Of a stretch of 64,000 nt of DNA, positions 38,789-48,073 are shown piece by piece. Every line of letters starts with the position of its first letter. Positions within the stretch are counted from its first letter, which is position 1. Made by a program: the position numbers and the translations under genes. The stretch covers positions 2,524 through 66,523 of the forward strand of contig CALEAC010000027.1 in the NCBI GenBank assembly GCA_937944095.1. Reading direction: 5' to 3'. Source of the stretch: an uncultured Saprospiraceae bacterium. Lineage in GTDB: Bacteria > Bacteroidota > Bacteroidia > Chitinophagales > Saprospiraceae. The notes under the pieces were generated by a model. The model searched no databases and was not told where the DNA came from. It worked only from the letters and a program-made list of their open reading frames with translations.

Positions 38789-39658
38789 ATGAGGCAACTG
38801 AAGATAACCAAATCCATTACAAACCGTGAATCCCAATCACTAGAAAAATATCTACAAGAAATAGGCAAAGTCGACCTATTGACACCGGAAGAAGAAGTAG
38901 ACCTCGCCAAGAAGATTAAAGAAGGAGACCAAAACGCTTTGGAGCAACTTACCAAAGCAAATTTGAGATTTGTTGTTTCAGTCGCCAAACAATACCAAAA
39001 TCAAGGCTTATCACTTAGTGACCTTATTAATGAAGGTAACTTAGGACTTATCAAAGCTGCACAGAGATTTGACGAAACCAGAGGTTTTAAGTTCATCTCT
39101 TATGCTGTATGGTGGATCAGACAGTCTATACTACAAGCACTTGCTGAGCAATCAAGAATTGTCAGGTTACCCCTGAACAAAGTCGGCTCACTTAATAAAA
39201 TTAACAGAGCATTCTCAGAACTAGAGCAAGAATATGAACGAGAACCGTCTTCTGATGAGCTCGCAGAGCTACTAGAGATAAGCTCGGATGAAGTAGAAAC
39301 GACTCTTGGTGTTGCTGCTAGGCACGTATCTATGGATGCACCCTTTGTCGATGGTGAAGATAATTCACTACTCGATGTACTAGAAAATAGTGGTACACCA
39401 GGTACTGATTCTAAGCTAGAGTACGCAGAATCACTCAGAAGAGAAATAGAAAGATCACTAAATACACTGACTGAAAGACAATGTGATGTCATCAAATTGT
39501 ATTTCGGAATAGGTATAGAACATCCCATGTCTCTAGAAGATATCGGCGACCGATTTGGTCTGACCAGAGAAAGAGTTAGACAAATAAAGGACAAAGCAAT
39601 AAACAAACTTCGGTCAGCTTCTAGAAGTAAGCTTCTAAAGCATTACTTAGGTGTATAA
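38789..39658 (+). CDS. rpoD: RNA polymerase primary sigma factor (sigma-70 family, Bacteroidota SigA type)
   Basis: 289 aa. [27 protein letters not shown] start, region 2 [10 protein letters not shown], and region 4 [14 protein letters not shown]...[11 protein letters not shown]. Confidence 0.95.
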   Translation: MRQLKITKSITNRESQSLEKYLQEIGKVDLLTPEEEVDLAKKIKEGDQNALEQLTKANLRFVVSVAKQYQNQGLSLSDLINEGNLGLIKAAQRFDETRGFKFISYAVWWIRQSILQALAEQSRIVRLPLNKVGSLNKINRAFSELEQEYEREPSSDELAELLEISSDEVETTLGVAARHVSMDAPFVDGEDNSLLDVLENSGTPGTDSKLEYAESLRREIERSLNTLTERQCDVIKLYFGIGIEHPMSLEDIGDRFGLTRERVRQIKDKAINKLRSASRSKLLKHYLGV

Positions 39659-39681
39659 GAACGAATCAAATAAATAAGTAG

Positions 39682-39712
39682 ATGGAGAGCAGAAATGTTC
39701 TCCATTTTTTTT
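39682..39712 (+). terminator. rho-independent terminator after rpoD
   Basis: A 9-bp stem atggagagc/gttctccat (one G-U pair) with a 6-nt loop, followed by T8. Confidence 0.65.
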
Positions 39713-39814
39713 GCCCTTGTAGCAGTTGTGACCCAAGGAAAAGTGAGCTGATGAACTCTATGAAACAATGATTATTGTAATTTGGGTGCACTGTAAATGA
39801 ATAATATTATTTGA

Positions 39815-41410
39815 TTGGCAAGAAGGAACAACATAGAATATAGGACTTGGGAGCCACTACTGATAGGTATCGCCGCTGCTATCGGGCTATTAGCGGGGTA
39901 TAATATAGATCTGAAAGATCGGGACGCGTCCTGGTTAAGTATCACTGATTCTGGAGAAAAGGTCCAAGCCTATACGAGTGATGGTCGCATAGAGGAGATA
40001 CTGCGGTTTGTAGAGAGCAACTATGTAGATAGCTTAGACATGGATGGTGTGACACTCTCTATTATAGATAAACTGCTAGCTGATCTAGATCCTCATTCTA
40101 GTTACATTACGCCTGAGGCGTATAGTGACCATAGAGAGAAGATGAACGGTTACTACACTGGGATTGGTGTAGAAACCCTAATGTATAATGATAGTCTATA
40201 CATATCTATGGTCAATAAAGATGGACCAGCCTATCATGCAGGTGTCCGATTAGGTGACCTTGTGATCAGCATTAATGATGAACCAGTATCAGGAAATGGT
40301 CGATCTCATGCCGAGATAAGAGGATTGCTGAAGAATAGTGACAATGAACGAGTATCGTTGCAAGTAAGACCATTAGGAGATTCAGGCACAGCTATTATAG
40401 AAATACATAAAGAAAGGATTAACCTCAACTCTGCTGACCTCGGTTATGAGGTCGATAAAGGCATCTTGTATCTAAAAGTCTCTCGATTCAGTGAGAATAC
40501 TTATGAACAATTTGTCGAATCTATAGATGCTCACCTCGGTTCTGATCAAGCGACTAGCCTGATTCTCGATCTACGTGGCAACCCCGGAGGTCCATTAAAC
40601 CAAGCTGTCAAATTACTATCTCAGCTATTTAGTGAAAAAGATAAATTACTCACTTACACAGAGGGTCTGAACAGAAAGAAAGCTGAATATAGAACGACAG
40701 GAAAAAACTTTTTCAATATCAAGAAAGTCGCTGTATTGATAGATGGCTATTCAGCTTCTGCATCTGAGATTGTCGCCGGGGCAGTACAAGATTGGGATAG
40801 AGGCATCATTATCGGAGAACAGAGTTATGGCAAAGGACTGGTCCAGGAGATCTTTCCTATGAAGAATAAAGGTGCACTGAGACTCACCGTAGCTAAGTAT
40901 TACACACCTAGTGGTCGGTCGATCCAGAAGGCTTATGATCCGAGTTCCTCTAGTATAGTCGCGACACGGTCTCCAGGCTCTAAATTGTTAGGAAGGCGGC
41001 TTACTAGTGGTGTAGGGATTATTCCAGACATACAACTCAGCGCTGAGCGCAACCCAGAATGTGGCATTTCAGATATCTACCTGGATCAATATCTCATAGA
41101 AGTGATGAAGCAGAAGGGGTCATCTGAGGTCGATCGAGCTGATTTGAGTTTTTCTGCATTTGTACAGTCTATGAGAGCTGCTTATAATGGTACAGACCTA
41201 GAACAGGAATTGTTAGGTATGGAATCAGAAACGGCTGAGACCTGTCGCCGACAGCTTATTTCTGACACCTATTTGAGATATAAGCGGATGGTACTAAGTG
41301 AGATTGATTACACACGATACAACAACCTTGATGACCCTCTTATGAAAGCGGCTTTGACATTCATCAATGATCAAAGAGAAACTACAGCGCTGTTATCTCA
41401 GGAAAATTAA
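39815..41410 (+). CDS. S41 family carboxy-terminal processing peptidase with PDZ domain
   Basis: 531 aa with a TTG start and an N-terminal TM. PDZ segment GPAYHAGVRLGDLVISIN. Catalytic GYSASASEIVAGA (Ser) and YGKGLVQ (Lys). Confidence 0.9.
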   Translation: MARRNNIEYRTWEPLLIGIAAAIGLLAGYNIDLKDRDASWLSITDSGEKVQAYTSDGRIEEILRFVESNYVDSLDMDGVTLSIIDKLLADLDPHSSYITPEAYSDHREKMNGYYTGIGVETLMYNDSLYISMVNKDGPAYHAGVRLGDLVISINDEPVSGNGRSHAEIRGLLKNSDNERVSLQVRPLGDSGTAIIEIHKERINLNSADLGYEVDKGILYLKVSRFSENTYEQFVESIDAHLGSDQATSLILDLRGNPGGPLNQAVKLLSQLFSEKDKLLTYTEGLNRKKAEYRTTGKNFFNIKKVAVLIDGYSASASEIVAGAVQDWDRGIIIGEQSYGKGLVQEIFPMKNKGALRLTVAKYYTPSGRSIQKAYDPSSSSIVATRSPGSKLLGRRLTSGVGIIPDIQLSAERNPECGISDIYLDQYLIEVMKQKGSSEVDRADLSFSAFVQSMRAAYNGTDLEQELLGMESETAETCRRQLISDTYLRYKRMVLSEIDYTRYNNLDDPLMKAALTFINDQRETTALLSQEN

Positions 41411-41968
41411 TTCTCCATCTTTAGTGTATCTCACGATGGTGGATTCATTAGATGCTTCATTAGATGACCTATAACTTTGGCAGGAATACTGGACTTGATC
41501 CTTGATGACGTCAGCTATTTCGTGATATAGTCTGGGTGTAGCTTGCCCTTCTAGATTAGCACTGGTCGAGACCAGTGGTCTTTCTAGCTGTTGTATTATA
41601 TCTTGGATTAGTGGATGCTTGCATACCCTAATCGCTATATGACCAGTCTGGTCAGGTAGATTTGCGGGTAATTCAGATGAGGCTTTGTGAATAATCGTGA
41701 GTGGCTGATTGTAGAATGAGATCAATGTTTCTATACGTGGATGAATGTCTGTCGCATATTGCCGAAGACGTGCTAAATTATCAACCAAGAGAATGAAGGG
41801 CTTATTCCGGTCTCGTTTCTTTATATCATAGATTTTCTCAACTGCTTGGCTATCCATTGCGTTGCAGCTTAGCCCCCAGATTGTATCGGTTGGGCATAAG
41901 ATGACAGCACCATCTGTAAGAAGACGAGTTATATGGTTAATATTATCTAGGTATTGGTCTCGTTGCAT
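41393..41968 (-). CDS. tsaC: L-threonylcarbamoyladenylate synthase (TsaC/YrdC family)
   Basis: 191 aa. ILCPTDTIWGLSCNA and STSANLEG motifs. Confidence 0.85.
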   Translation of the reverse strand: MQRDQYLDNINHITRLLTDGAVILCPTDTIWGLSCNAMDSQAVEKIYDIKKRDRNKPFILLVDNLARLRQYATDIHPRIETLISFYNQPLTIIHKASSELPANLPDQTGHIAIRVCKHPLIQDIIQQLERPLVSTSANLEGQATPRLYHEIADVIKDQVQYSCQSYRSSNEASNESTIVRYTKDGELIFLR

Positions 41969-42089
41969 TGGCGGATAGATGATCCATAAAACATATCTGC
42001 GGTGTTTTCGTTAGATAACCGTGTGTTGTTATACTTGGGTATAAACGATATATATGTAACTTTATTTTTATACAGAACAACCACCATAT

Positions 42090-44435
42090 ATGAACTGGCT
42101 TAAAATTTCACTAATTCATATTCGCTACATCTTTCTACTAGTCCTGATAATTATCGGGATTGGACAACAAGAGCTGTCCGCCGCGCACATTGTAGGGGGA
42201 GATATGACCTATCAGTTTGTGAGTTTTAATAGTGATACCACGCAAGTGACTTTCAGAATTACTGTAACGATGTATCGGGACAACATTAGCGGAGGTGCAC
42301 CTTTTGACACTGCTGGCGATACGGCCTTCGGTGTCTATAGGCAATCCACTGCAGGGACTTGGTTCTTATACCAAGATATTAGGAATATCAACCCTTCTGA
42401 GGCTCAGGAGGTCCCTCCTAATGATGACCCATGTGTAGAAGAGCCAGTCGGGACAGTTGGTGTGGAATGGGCCACCTACAGTTTTCCAGTAACCTTGGAT
42501 ATAGGATCTGCCGATTATATGATCGCTTATCAGAGGTGCTGTCGGAATGAATCTATCGGTAATATTCTGAGACCGGGAGAAACAGGGGCTGTTTTTGATG
42601 TCATTATAACTCCAGAGGCGCAGATAACTGGAAATAATAGTCCCAAATTCGGGAATCTCCTCAATGATAATTATCCACCTCTTTTCATCTGTGCCGGTTT
42701 TCCGATCACAATAGACCAATCGGCGACTGATATAGATGGTGATGACCTGAGATATACTTTTTGTGCACCATTTACTGCAGGTGGGGATGCCAATGCCCAG
42801 GCTGGCTCTAATGTTCCTGCAGGTTGCTGTGATTGTGTGCGACCTGATCCTGGACGATGTGGACCGCCTTTTGATAATGTGAGTTTCATGCCACCATTTT
42901 CTTCTACTGAACCATTAGCTGGTGACCCTGTGGTCTCTATCGATTTTGAGACTGGAATCATTACTGGTACACCAGAAATAGAAGGGCAATATGTTGTTGG
43001 CGTTTGCGTGGAAGAATTCAGAAATGGTATATCAATCGGAAAGATTAGAAGAGATTTCCAGTTCAATGTTCTAGCCTGCGAAAAACAGGTCAATGCTGTG
43101 CTGGATTCTGATGATGAAATTCCGATGGAGGGCCGAAATCTATTTGTAATAAACTCCTGTGGAGATAGCACGTTGAATATCAAAAACCTAAGCACAGACA
43201 TAAGGTTCATCCAGAATTATCACTGGGAATTCTTTGATGAAAACATGAATGAAATCTTCGATATAGAGGGCACAGAAGAGGCTAGAGATGCCGATGTAAC
43301 CTTTCCGGGTATCGGTAATTATACAGGTATGATGATCGTCAACGAAGGTATCCCCTGTGCAGATACCGCAGAATTTGTAGTTAATCTTTATCCAGCTATC
43401 GAGGCAGGCTTTGACTTTGATTATGACACTTGCGTCGCTGGTCCGATTGCGTTTATAGATTCTAGCGAGACTGGCGGACTGGCAATTACAGAATGGGACT
43501 GGCGTTTTGATAATGAGGACAGCTCGATAGAACAGTTTCCATTTTACACTTTCCAAACACCAGGTGATAAAGAAATACAATTAATAGTCAAGGATAATAA
43601 TGAATGTTATGACACTATTATCGATAATGTTTTATATCAGCCTGCACCTGCTGCTATTATAGTGGAGCCATCTAGTTTTGTAGGTTGTGTACCAGCTGCT
43701 ATATTCTTGAAAAACCTATCAGCTCCGATAGACTCAACTTATGAGATTTTATGGGACTTTGGAGATGGAACGACTAGTTCGGAGATAAGTCCGACACATA
43801 CCTATGAGGAACCAGGTATCTATTCATTGTCCTTGGATATAATTTCTCCGATTGGTTGTGAGATCGCTAGAGGTTTTTCAGATCTAATTCGAGTCAAAGA
43901 TTCGCCTAAGGCAGACTTCGTCTGTAGTCCAGACCAATTCAATATTTTTAATCGGACAGCCAGCTTTACAGATCTGAGTACTGATGCTGGGAGTTGGCGA
44001 TGGGATTTTGGGACGGCTGGCAGTTTGTTCGAACAGAACCCTGTTTTTACTTTTCCAGATACAGGGATATATAAGGTTGTACTGAATGTTTTCCACCCTG
44101 TCACTAACTGCCCAGATACCTTGTCTAAAATCATCGATGTCTCACCGATTGTCAATTTTTATTTTCCCAATGCATTTTCACCAAATAATGACTCAAGTAA
44201 TGACTTATTCATAGGCAACGGGTACTATGATGGTCTTAAGGAATATAAGCTTACAATCTGGAATAGATGGGGTCAAATGGTTTTTGAGACCGACGATCCT
44301 AGGTCGGGATGGAATGGGAGAGAATACAATAGCGGCGCCGAAGCACCACAAGGTGTCTATGTGTATAAAGCCAATTACCAAGACCCAAGGGGAAAAACGA
44401 TAAAAACCGATGGTCATATAACCTTATTACGATGA
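42090..44435 (+). CDS. PKD-repeat surface protein with T9SS type B (gliding-motility-associated, CHU_C) C-terminal sorting domain
   Basis: 781 aa with a signal peptide. AHIVGGDMTY N-terminal module. PKD-like repeats (WDFGDGTTSSEISPTHTYEEPGIY, WRWDFG...FTFPDTGIYKV). The C-terminal FPNAFSPNNDSSNDLF...IWNRWGQMVFE...GWNG...GVYVYK is the type B CTD signature. Confidence 0.85.
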   Translation: MNWLKISLIHIRYIFLLVLIIIGIGQQELSAAHIVGGDMTYQFVSFNSDTTQVTFRITVTMYRDNISGGAPFDTAGDTAFGVYRQSTAGTWFLYQDIRNINPSEAQEVPPNDDPCVEEPVGTVGVEWATYSFPVTLDIGSADYMIAYQRCCRNESIGNILRPGETGAVFDVIITPEAQITGNNSPKFGNLLNDNYPPLFICAGFPITIDQSATDIDGDDLRYTFCAPFTAGGDANAQAGSNVPAGCCDCVRPDPGRCGPPFDNVSFMPPFSSTEPLAGDPVVSIDFETGIITGTPEIEGQYVVGVCVEEFRNGISIGKIRRDFQFNVLACEKQVNAVLDSDDEIPMEGRNLFVINSCGDSTLNIKNLSTDIRFIQNYHWEFFDENMNEIFDIEGTEEARDADVTFPGIGNYTGMMIVNEGIPCADTAEFVVNLYPAIEAGFDFDYDTCVAGPIAFIDSSETGGLAITEWDWRFDNEDSSIEQFPFYTFQTPGDKEIQLIVKDNNECYDTIIDNVLYQPAPAAIIVEPSSFVGCVPAAIFLKNLSAPIDSTYEILWDFGDGTTSSEISPTHTYEEPGIYSLSLDIISPIGCEIARGFSDLIRVKDSPKADFVCSPDQFNIFNRTASFTDLSTDAGSWRWDFGTAGSLFEQNPVFTFPDTGIYKVVLNVFHPVTNCPDTLSKIIDVSPIVNFYFPNAFSPNNDSSNDLFIGNGYYDGLKEYKLTIWNRWGQMVFETDDPRSGWNGREYNSGAEAPQGVYVYKANYQDPRGKTIKTDGHITLLR

Positions 44436-44466
44436 TTTGCAGGTAATAGGAATTGTACTATCTTTG
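44436..44466 (+). promoter_or_regulatory. Bacteroidota-type promoter for rplS (-33 TTTG, -7 TATCTTTG)
   Basis: TTTG at 44436-44439 and TATCTTTG at 44459-44466, with a 19-nt spacer. It lies 33 nt upstream of the ATG. Confidence 0.5.
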
Positions 44467-44499
44467 CAGCCCTAAATCAATAACTAAATTCCCTTCAGG

Positions 44500-44856
44500 A
44501 TGGACTTGATCAACTACGTACACGAGCAACTTACTAAAAAGACAGAATTACCTAGTTTCAGACCAGGAGACAATATTGATGTTAAATACAAAATAGTGGA
44601 AGGGGCCAAAGAAAGGATTCAGTCATTCAAAGGCAATGTCCTTCAGATTAATGGTGTTGGTTCCACTAAGACTTTTACTGTAAGAAAGATGTCTAGTGGT
44701 GTTGGGGTAGAAAGAATCTTTCCTTTTTCTAGTCCTTCTATCGTAGACGTAACAATCTTAAAATTCGGTAAGGTCAGAAGAGCTAAATTATTCTATCTCA
44801 GAGAATTAGTAGGAAAAAAGGCTAAGATTAAGGAGAGAAAGCAGATAAGAAAGTAA
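44500..44856 (+). CDS. rplS: 50S ribosomal protein L19
   Basis: 118 aa. FRPGDNIDVKYKIVEGAKERIQSFKGNVL...KFGKVRRAKLFYLR. Confidence 0.97.
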   Translation: MDLINYVHEQLTKKTELPSFRPGDNIDVKYKIVEGAKERIQSFKGNVLQINGVGSTKTFTVRKMSSGVGVERIFPFSSPSIVDVTILKFGKVRRAKLFYLRELVGKKAKIKERKQIRK

Positions 44857-44915
44857 GCGAAAGCTATCACTCTATTCTCTATTATTTACCTCTTGATATC
44901 TTCAGAACATACTAG

Positions 44916-45320
44916 ATGAATTTGTCACTCAGAGCATACTTCGGACCCTGTCTTTTGTTCTGTTGTCTAATTCTTTCTTTATATATTGGATGCAAACCCG
45001 AAAGCAAGTCAGTTAAGCTCATACAGCATACAGACCTAGAAGGTGAATGGCTTATTCATAAAGCTTACAAAGCCGAAAAAGAAACACGTCTGCTTTCCAA
45101 TGCTTACATCAACTTCGTTCCCGACCAAAAGCTCAATACGAATATCCTCCCGATACAAGAGTCTATGCCTTATTCTTTAGAAAAAGAGCAGATCACAGTC
45201 GCGGATAGTGAAAATACTGTATTTAATGTCGATCTGGTTACTTCAGATACCTTGGTAATGAGGACCAAGATCCGGAATATTGACTTTAAATTCATCTTCA
45301 CAAAGCCAGACAAGTCTTGA
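44916..45320 (+). CDS. hypothetical lipoprotein
   Basis: 134 aa with a signal peptide and LYIGC lipobox-like site. The stop overlaps the next start (TTGA). Confidence 0.5.
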   Translation: MNLSLRAYFGPCLLFCCLILSLYIGCKPESKSVKLIQHTDLEGEWLIHKAYKAEKETRLLSNAYINFVPDQKLNTNILPIQESMPYSLEKEQITVADSENTVFNVDLVTSDTLVMRTKIRNIDFKFIFTKPDKS

Positions 45321-46765
45321 TATTAGTCCGAACCTTCCTATTTATACTCCTCTCCTTAGGCTCTAGCTCTATAATTCATGCCATAGATGTTAGTATATCG
45401 ACTGTGAGTTACCCCAGCGAGACCAGCTACGTCGAGGTATATGGTCGATTTATCGGTCAGAGTGTGCAGTTTCGGCCTACATCTCCAGGAATAGCTCTAC
45501 AACAAGCAAGGATATCTGTGTTAATGACAATCAGTCAGAACGGTGATTATGTTTTTGCAGAAAAAAATGAAGTCTCGAGTCCGGCTTCTGAGGCGATAAC
45601 AGATTTCTGGTATTTCAAAAGAATCAAACTCGAACCGGGGCAATACACTCTAGACTTGACCTGTATAGATCTGAATAATCCGACAGACTCTCTCAAGTAT
45701 AGCAAGCAACTTATAGTAGACCAATATAGAGCTACTCAGTCTGTCAGTTCAGACTTATTATTGATGTCAGAAATCGATAAGGATATTTCTGTATACCCAT
45801 TCGAAAGAGCTGCGTTTTCGTTTGAGCCTTTGTTATTTGATACCTATGGACCAGGGAATAAGGAGCTCATATTCTATGCAGAGATCCTAAGCAAACAAGA
45901 TGAAGCAGAACCATTGTATTACAGATATTATGTGTCCCTACCAGACTCTTCAGCTTATATAACTAAGCCAGCTTATAAACGAATTAAGTCCTCTGACCTT
46001 GGGATACTAGAAGACTTTGACATTAGTGAGCTAGGGTCAGGACAGTATATCTTAAACTTAGAAGTCATCACTAAGACCGAAGAGTTAATAACCCATAAGA
46101 CCAAGAAATTTTCTGTCTATCATCCTCTAACTGATTATCGACAGACATATAGAAGAGATGATAAATTCGAGACCTCTTTTGTCCAATTATTAGATGAAGG
46201 AGAGCTTAATTATGCGCTAAAGGCGATCTTTCCTGTTGTCGGAAATAGGCTAACTGGCATGCTCAATGAGTTGATCTGGAGTGATGACATCACCACGAAA
46301 CGTTATTTTCTATATAGCTATTGGTCTAGAGTCTCTCAGTCAGATCCTAAGGCAGTATATAACCAGTATATGGAAGTCGCGCGTGCAGTAGACAATGAGT
46401 ATGGAGCTAACCTAGGTCATGGATTCGAGAGTGATAGGGGATATATATTCCTGAAATACGGCAAGCCGAATAATGTGATATCTGTAGAAGACGAAGCGCC
46501 AGCGCCGCCTTATGAGATATGGTTGTATCATGAGTTACCAGAAACGAATCAGACAAATGTCAAGTTCTTATTCTATAATCCGACCTTAGCTGGTAATGAT
46601 ATGACCTTGCTGCATTCTACCTGTAGAGGTGAGCGACAGAATAAGCAATGGGAAGTGGAGTTATATCGAGATGACCCATCCAGTGTCATCGACAATAGTA
46701 TAGATGCCATCAATGTCGAAGATAGAATCAATCGAAAAGCAAGAAGATACTTTTCCGACATATGA
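45317..46765 (+). CDS. GWxTD domain-containing protein
   Basis: 482 aa with a TTG start and a signal peptide. The C-terminal ESDRGYIFLKYGKPNNV...PPYEIWLY matches the GWxTD-family pattern (the G-W itself is degenerate here: GFESD). Confidence 0.65.
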   Translation: MILVRTFLFILLSLGSSSIIHAIDVSISTVSYPSETSYVEVYGRFIGQSVQFRPTSPGIALQQARISVLMTISQNGDYVFAEKNEVSSPASEAITDFWYFKRIKLEPGQYTLDLTCIDLNNPTDSLKYSKQLIVDQYRATQSVSSDLLLMSEIDKDISVYPFERAAFSFEPLLFDTYGPGNKELIFYAEILSKQDEAEPLYYRYYVSLPDSSAYITKPAYKRIKSSDLGILEDFDISELGSGQYILNLEVITKTEELITHKTKKFSVYHPLTDYRQTYRRDDKFETSFVQLLDEGELNYALKAIFPVVGNRLTGMLNELIWSDDITTKRYFLYSYWSRVSQSDPKAVYNQYMEVARAVDNEYGANLGHGFESDRGYIFLKYGKPNNVISVEDEAPAPPYEIWLYHELPETNQTNVKFLFYNPTLAGNDMTLLHSTCRGERQNKQWEVELYRDDPSSVIDNSIDAINVEDRINRKARRYFSDI

Positions 46766-47541
46766 CGCCAGACCTAGCACAACTTAGAGTCGCACTGGTC
46801 CAAGGCCAACCCCTCTGGCATAATCCTGAGTATAACCTACCTCACTATGATGAGTTGGTAGGGACCATTAAGCAAGCAGATCTGATATTATTACCTGAGA
46901 TGTGGCCCACTGGTTATACGATACAAGCTCACAAATATCATGATACTGAGTCTACGGCGATAGACAAAATGAGGATTTGGGCAGCAGCCCAATCTGCTTT
47001 AGTGGTTGGGTCACTAATAGCTAAGGACGGTGATAGCTACTATAATAGACTTTATATTGTCGAGCCCTCAGGGCGGCTTAGTTACTATGACAAGAAACAT
47101 CTCTTTGGCTTTGCTGGCGAGGATCGCGTGTTTAGTCCAGGAAAAGAGCAATTAACCTATGATTATAAAGGATGGCGCCTCAGAATGAATGTTTGCTATG
47201 ATCTAAGATTTCCTGTATGGTCTAGGAATACAGACAAATATGATATCGTACTCTATTCTGCTAATTGGCCTGACAAGCGTATAGACGCATGGCGGACCTT
47301 ACTAAAAGCTAGAGCTATAGAGAACCAAGCCTATGCTCTAGGCTGTAATTGTGTCGGTGAGGATCTATGGAATAATACCTATTCCGGCCATTCTTCTATT
47401 ATAAATCCTCACGGTGAGGTACTGACAGAAATGGTAAAGGAAGAAGGGATTCTATATGCAGAAATGACCAAAGAGGCCTTGGCTGTAGTCCGAGCTAAGC
47501 TCCCATTTCTAGCGGACCAAGATCGATTTGAGTTACTGTAG
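46762..47541 (+). CDS. carbon-nitrogen hydrolase family amidase (YafV/omega-amidase-like)
   Basis: 259 aa. The Glu-Lys-Cys triad context is present: LLPEMW, KKHLF, NVCYDLRFP. Confidence 0.85.
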   Translation: MTPDLAQLRVALVQGQPLWHNPEYNLPHYDELVGTIKQADLILLPEMWPTGYTIQAHKYHDTESTAIDKMRIWAAAQSALVVGSLIAKDGDSYYNRLYIVEPSGRLSYYDKKHLFGFAGEDRVFSPGKEQLTYDYKGWRLRMNVCYDLRFPVWSRNTDKYDIVLYSANWPDKRIDAWRTLLKARAIENQAYALGCNCVGEDLWNNTYSGHSSIINPHGEVLTEMVKEEGILYAEMTKEALAVVRAKLPFLADQDRFELL

Positions 47542-47985
47542 TTAGATATTCTCTAGCCGAATGAATAACTCCAGGAGTTTGTCTGTCTGTTCTTTGTTCA
47601 ATTTGCTTTCTGGATGTAGCCAAGTATAAGACTTTAGTGGCATGCGGCCTTCATTTAAGACTTCCATACATTCTCTAAGATGGTGTGCTTTTTGGTTCGG
47701 ATCGTAGCTATTCCATTCAGAGAAATTCAGTTTCTTTCGTCCTGCTTTGACATGTCCTTTGGTCCACCATCCGACAGGCTGTATACGTGTATAACTAGGG
47801 TACGTTGTCACATTAGAATGACAGTTCATACAAGCGTTATTCAGCAATAATGATTCTGATTCTGATAGTTGGACAGTACTCGAAAAGCTAAGAGCTTCAT
47901 CGATAGGAGGGTTATTCTTGTCTATCGGGAAGAACTGCCAGACTAACAGGAGCAATAATGTCGCGAAAAGTAGCTTTTTGGTCAT
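47542..47985 (-). CDS. haem-binding domain-containing protein (CxxCH)
   Basis: 147 aa with a signal/anchor sequence. CMNCHSNVTTYPSYTRIQPVGWW...GRKKLNFSEW fits the Haem_bd family pattern with a c-type CxxCH motif. Confidence 0.7.
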   Translation of the reverse strand: MTKKLLFATLLLLLVWQFFPIDKNNPPIDEALSFSSTVQLSESESLLLNNACMNCHSNVTTYPSYTRIQPVGWWTKGHVKAGRKKLNFSEWNSYDPNQKAHHLRECMEVLNEGRMPLKSYTWLHPESKLNKEQTDKLLELFIRLENI

Positions 47986-48073
47986 CTAAATTAGCTTTCT
48001 TTGCGAAGCTACGTAATAGGCTTGTATTGGACGTAGTTATGATTCTTTTTGTGAGTACAAATATCTAATCTGG

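Noticed and set aside
39100-39606. 168-aa Ser-rich ORF antisense to rpoD
   Set aside because: It lies wholly inside the highly conserved rpoD frame and has low-complexity composition typical of a shadow ORF.
42138-44417. Seven minus-strand ORFs (68-179 aa) inside the type B CTD protein gene
   Set aside because: All are antisense to a well-supported 781-aa ORF and none has a recognisable domain.
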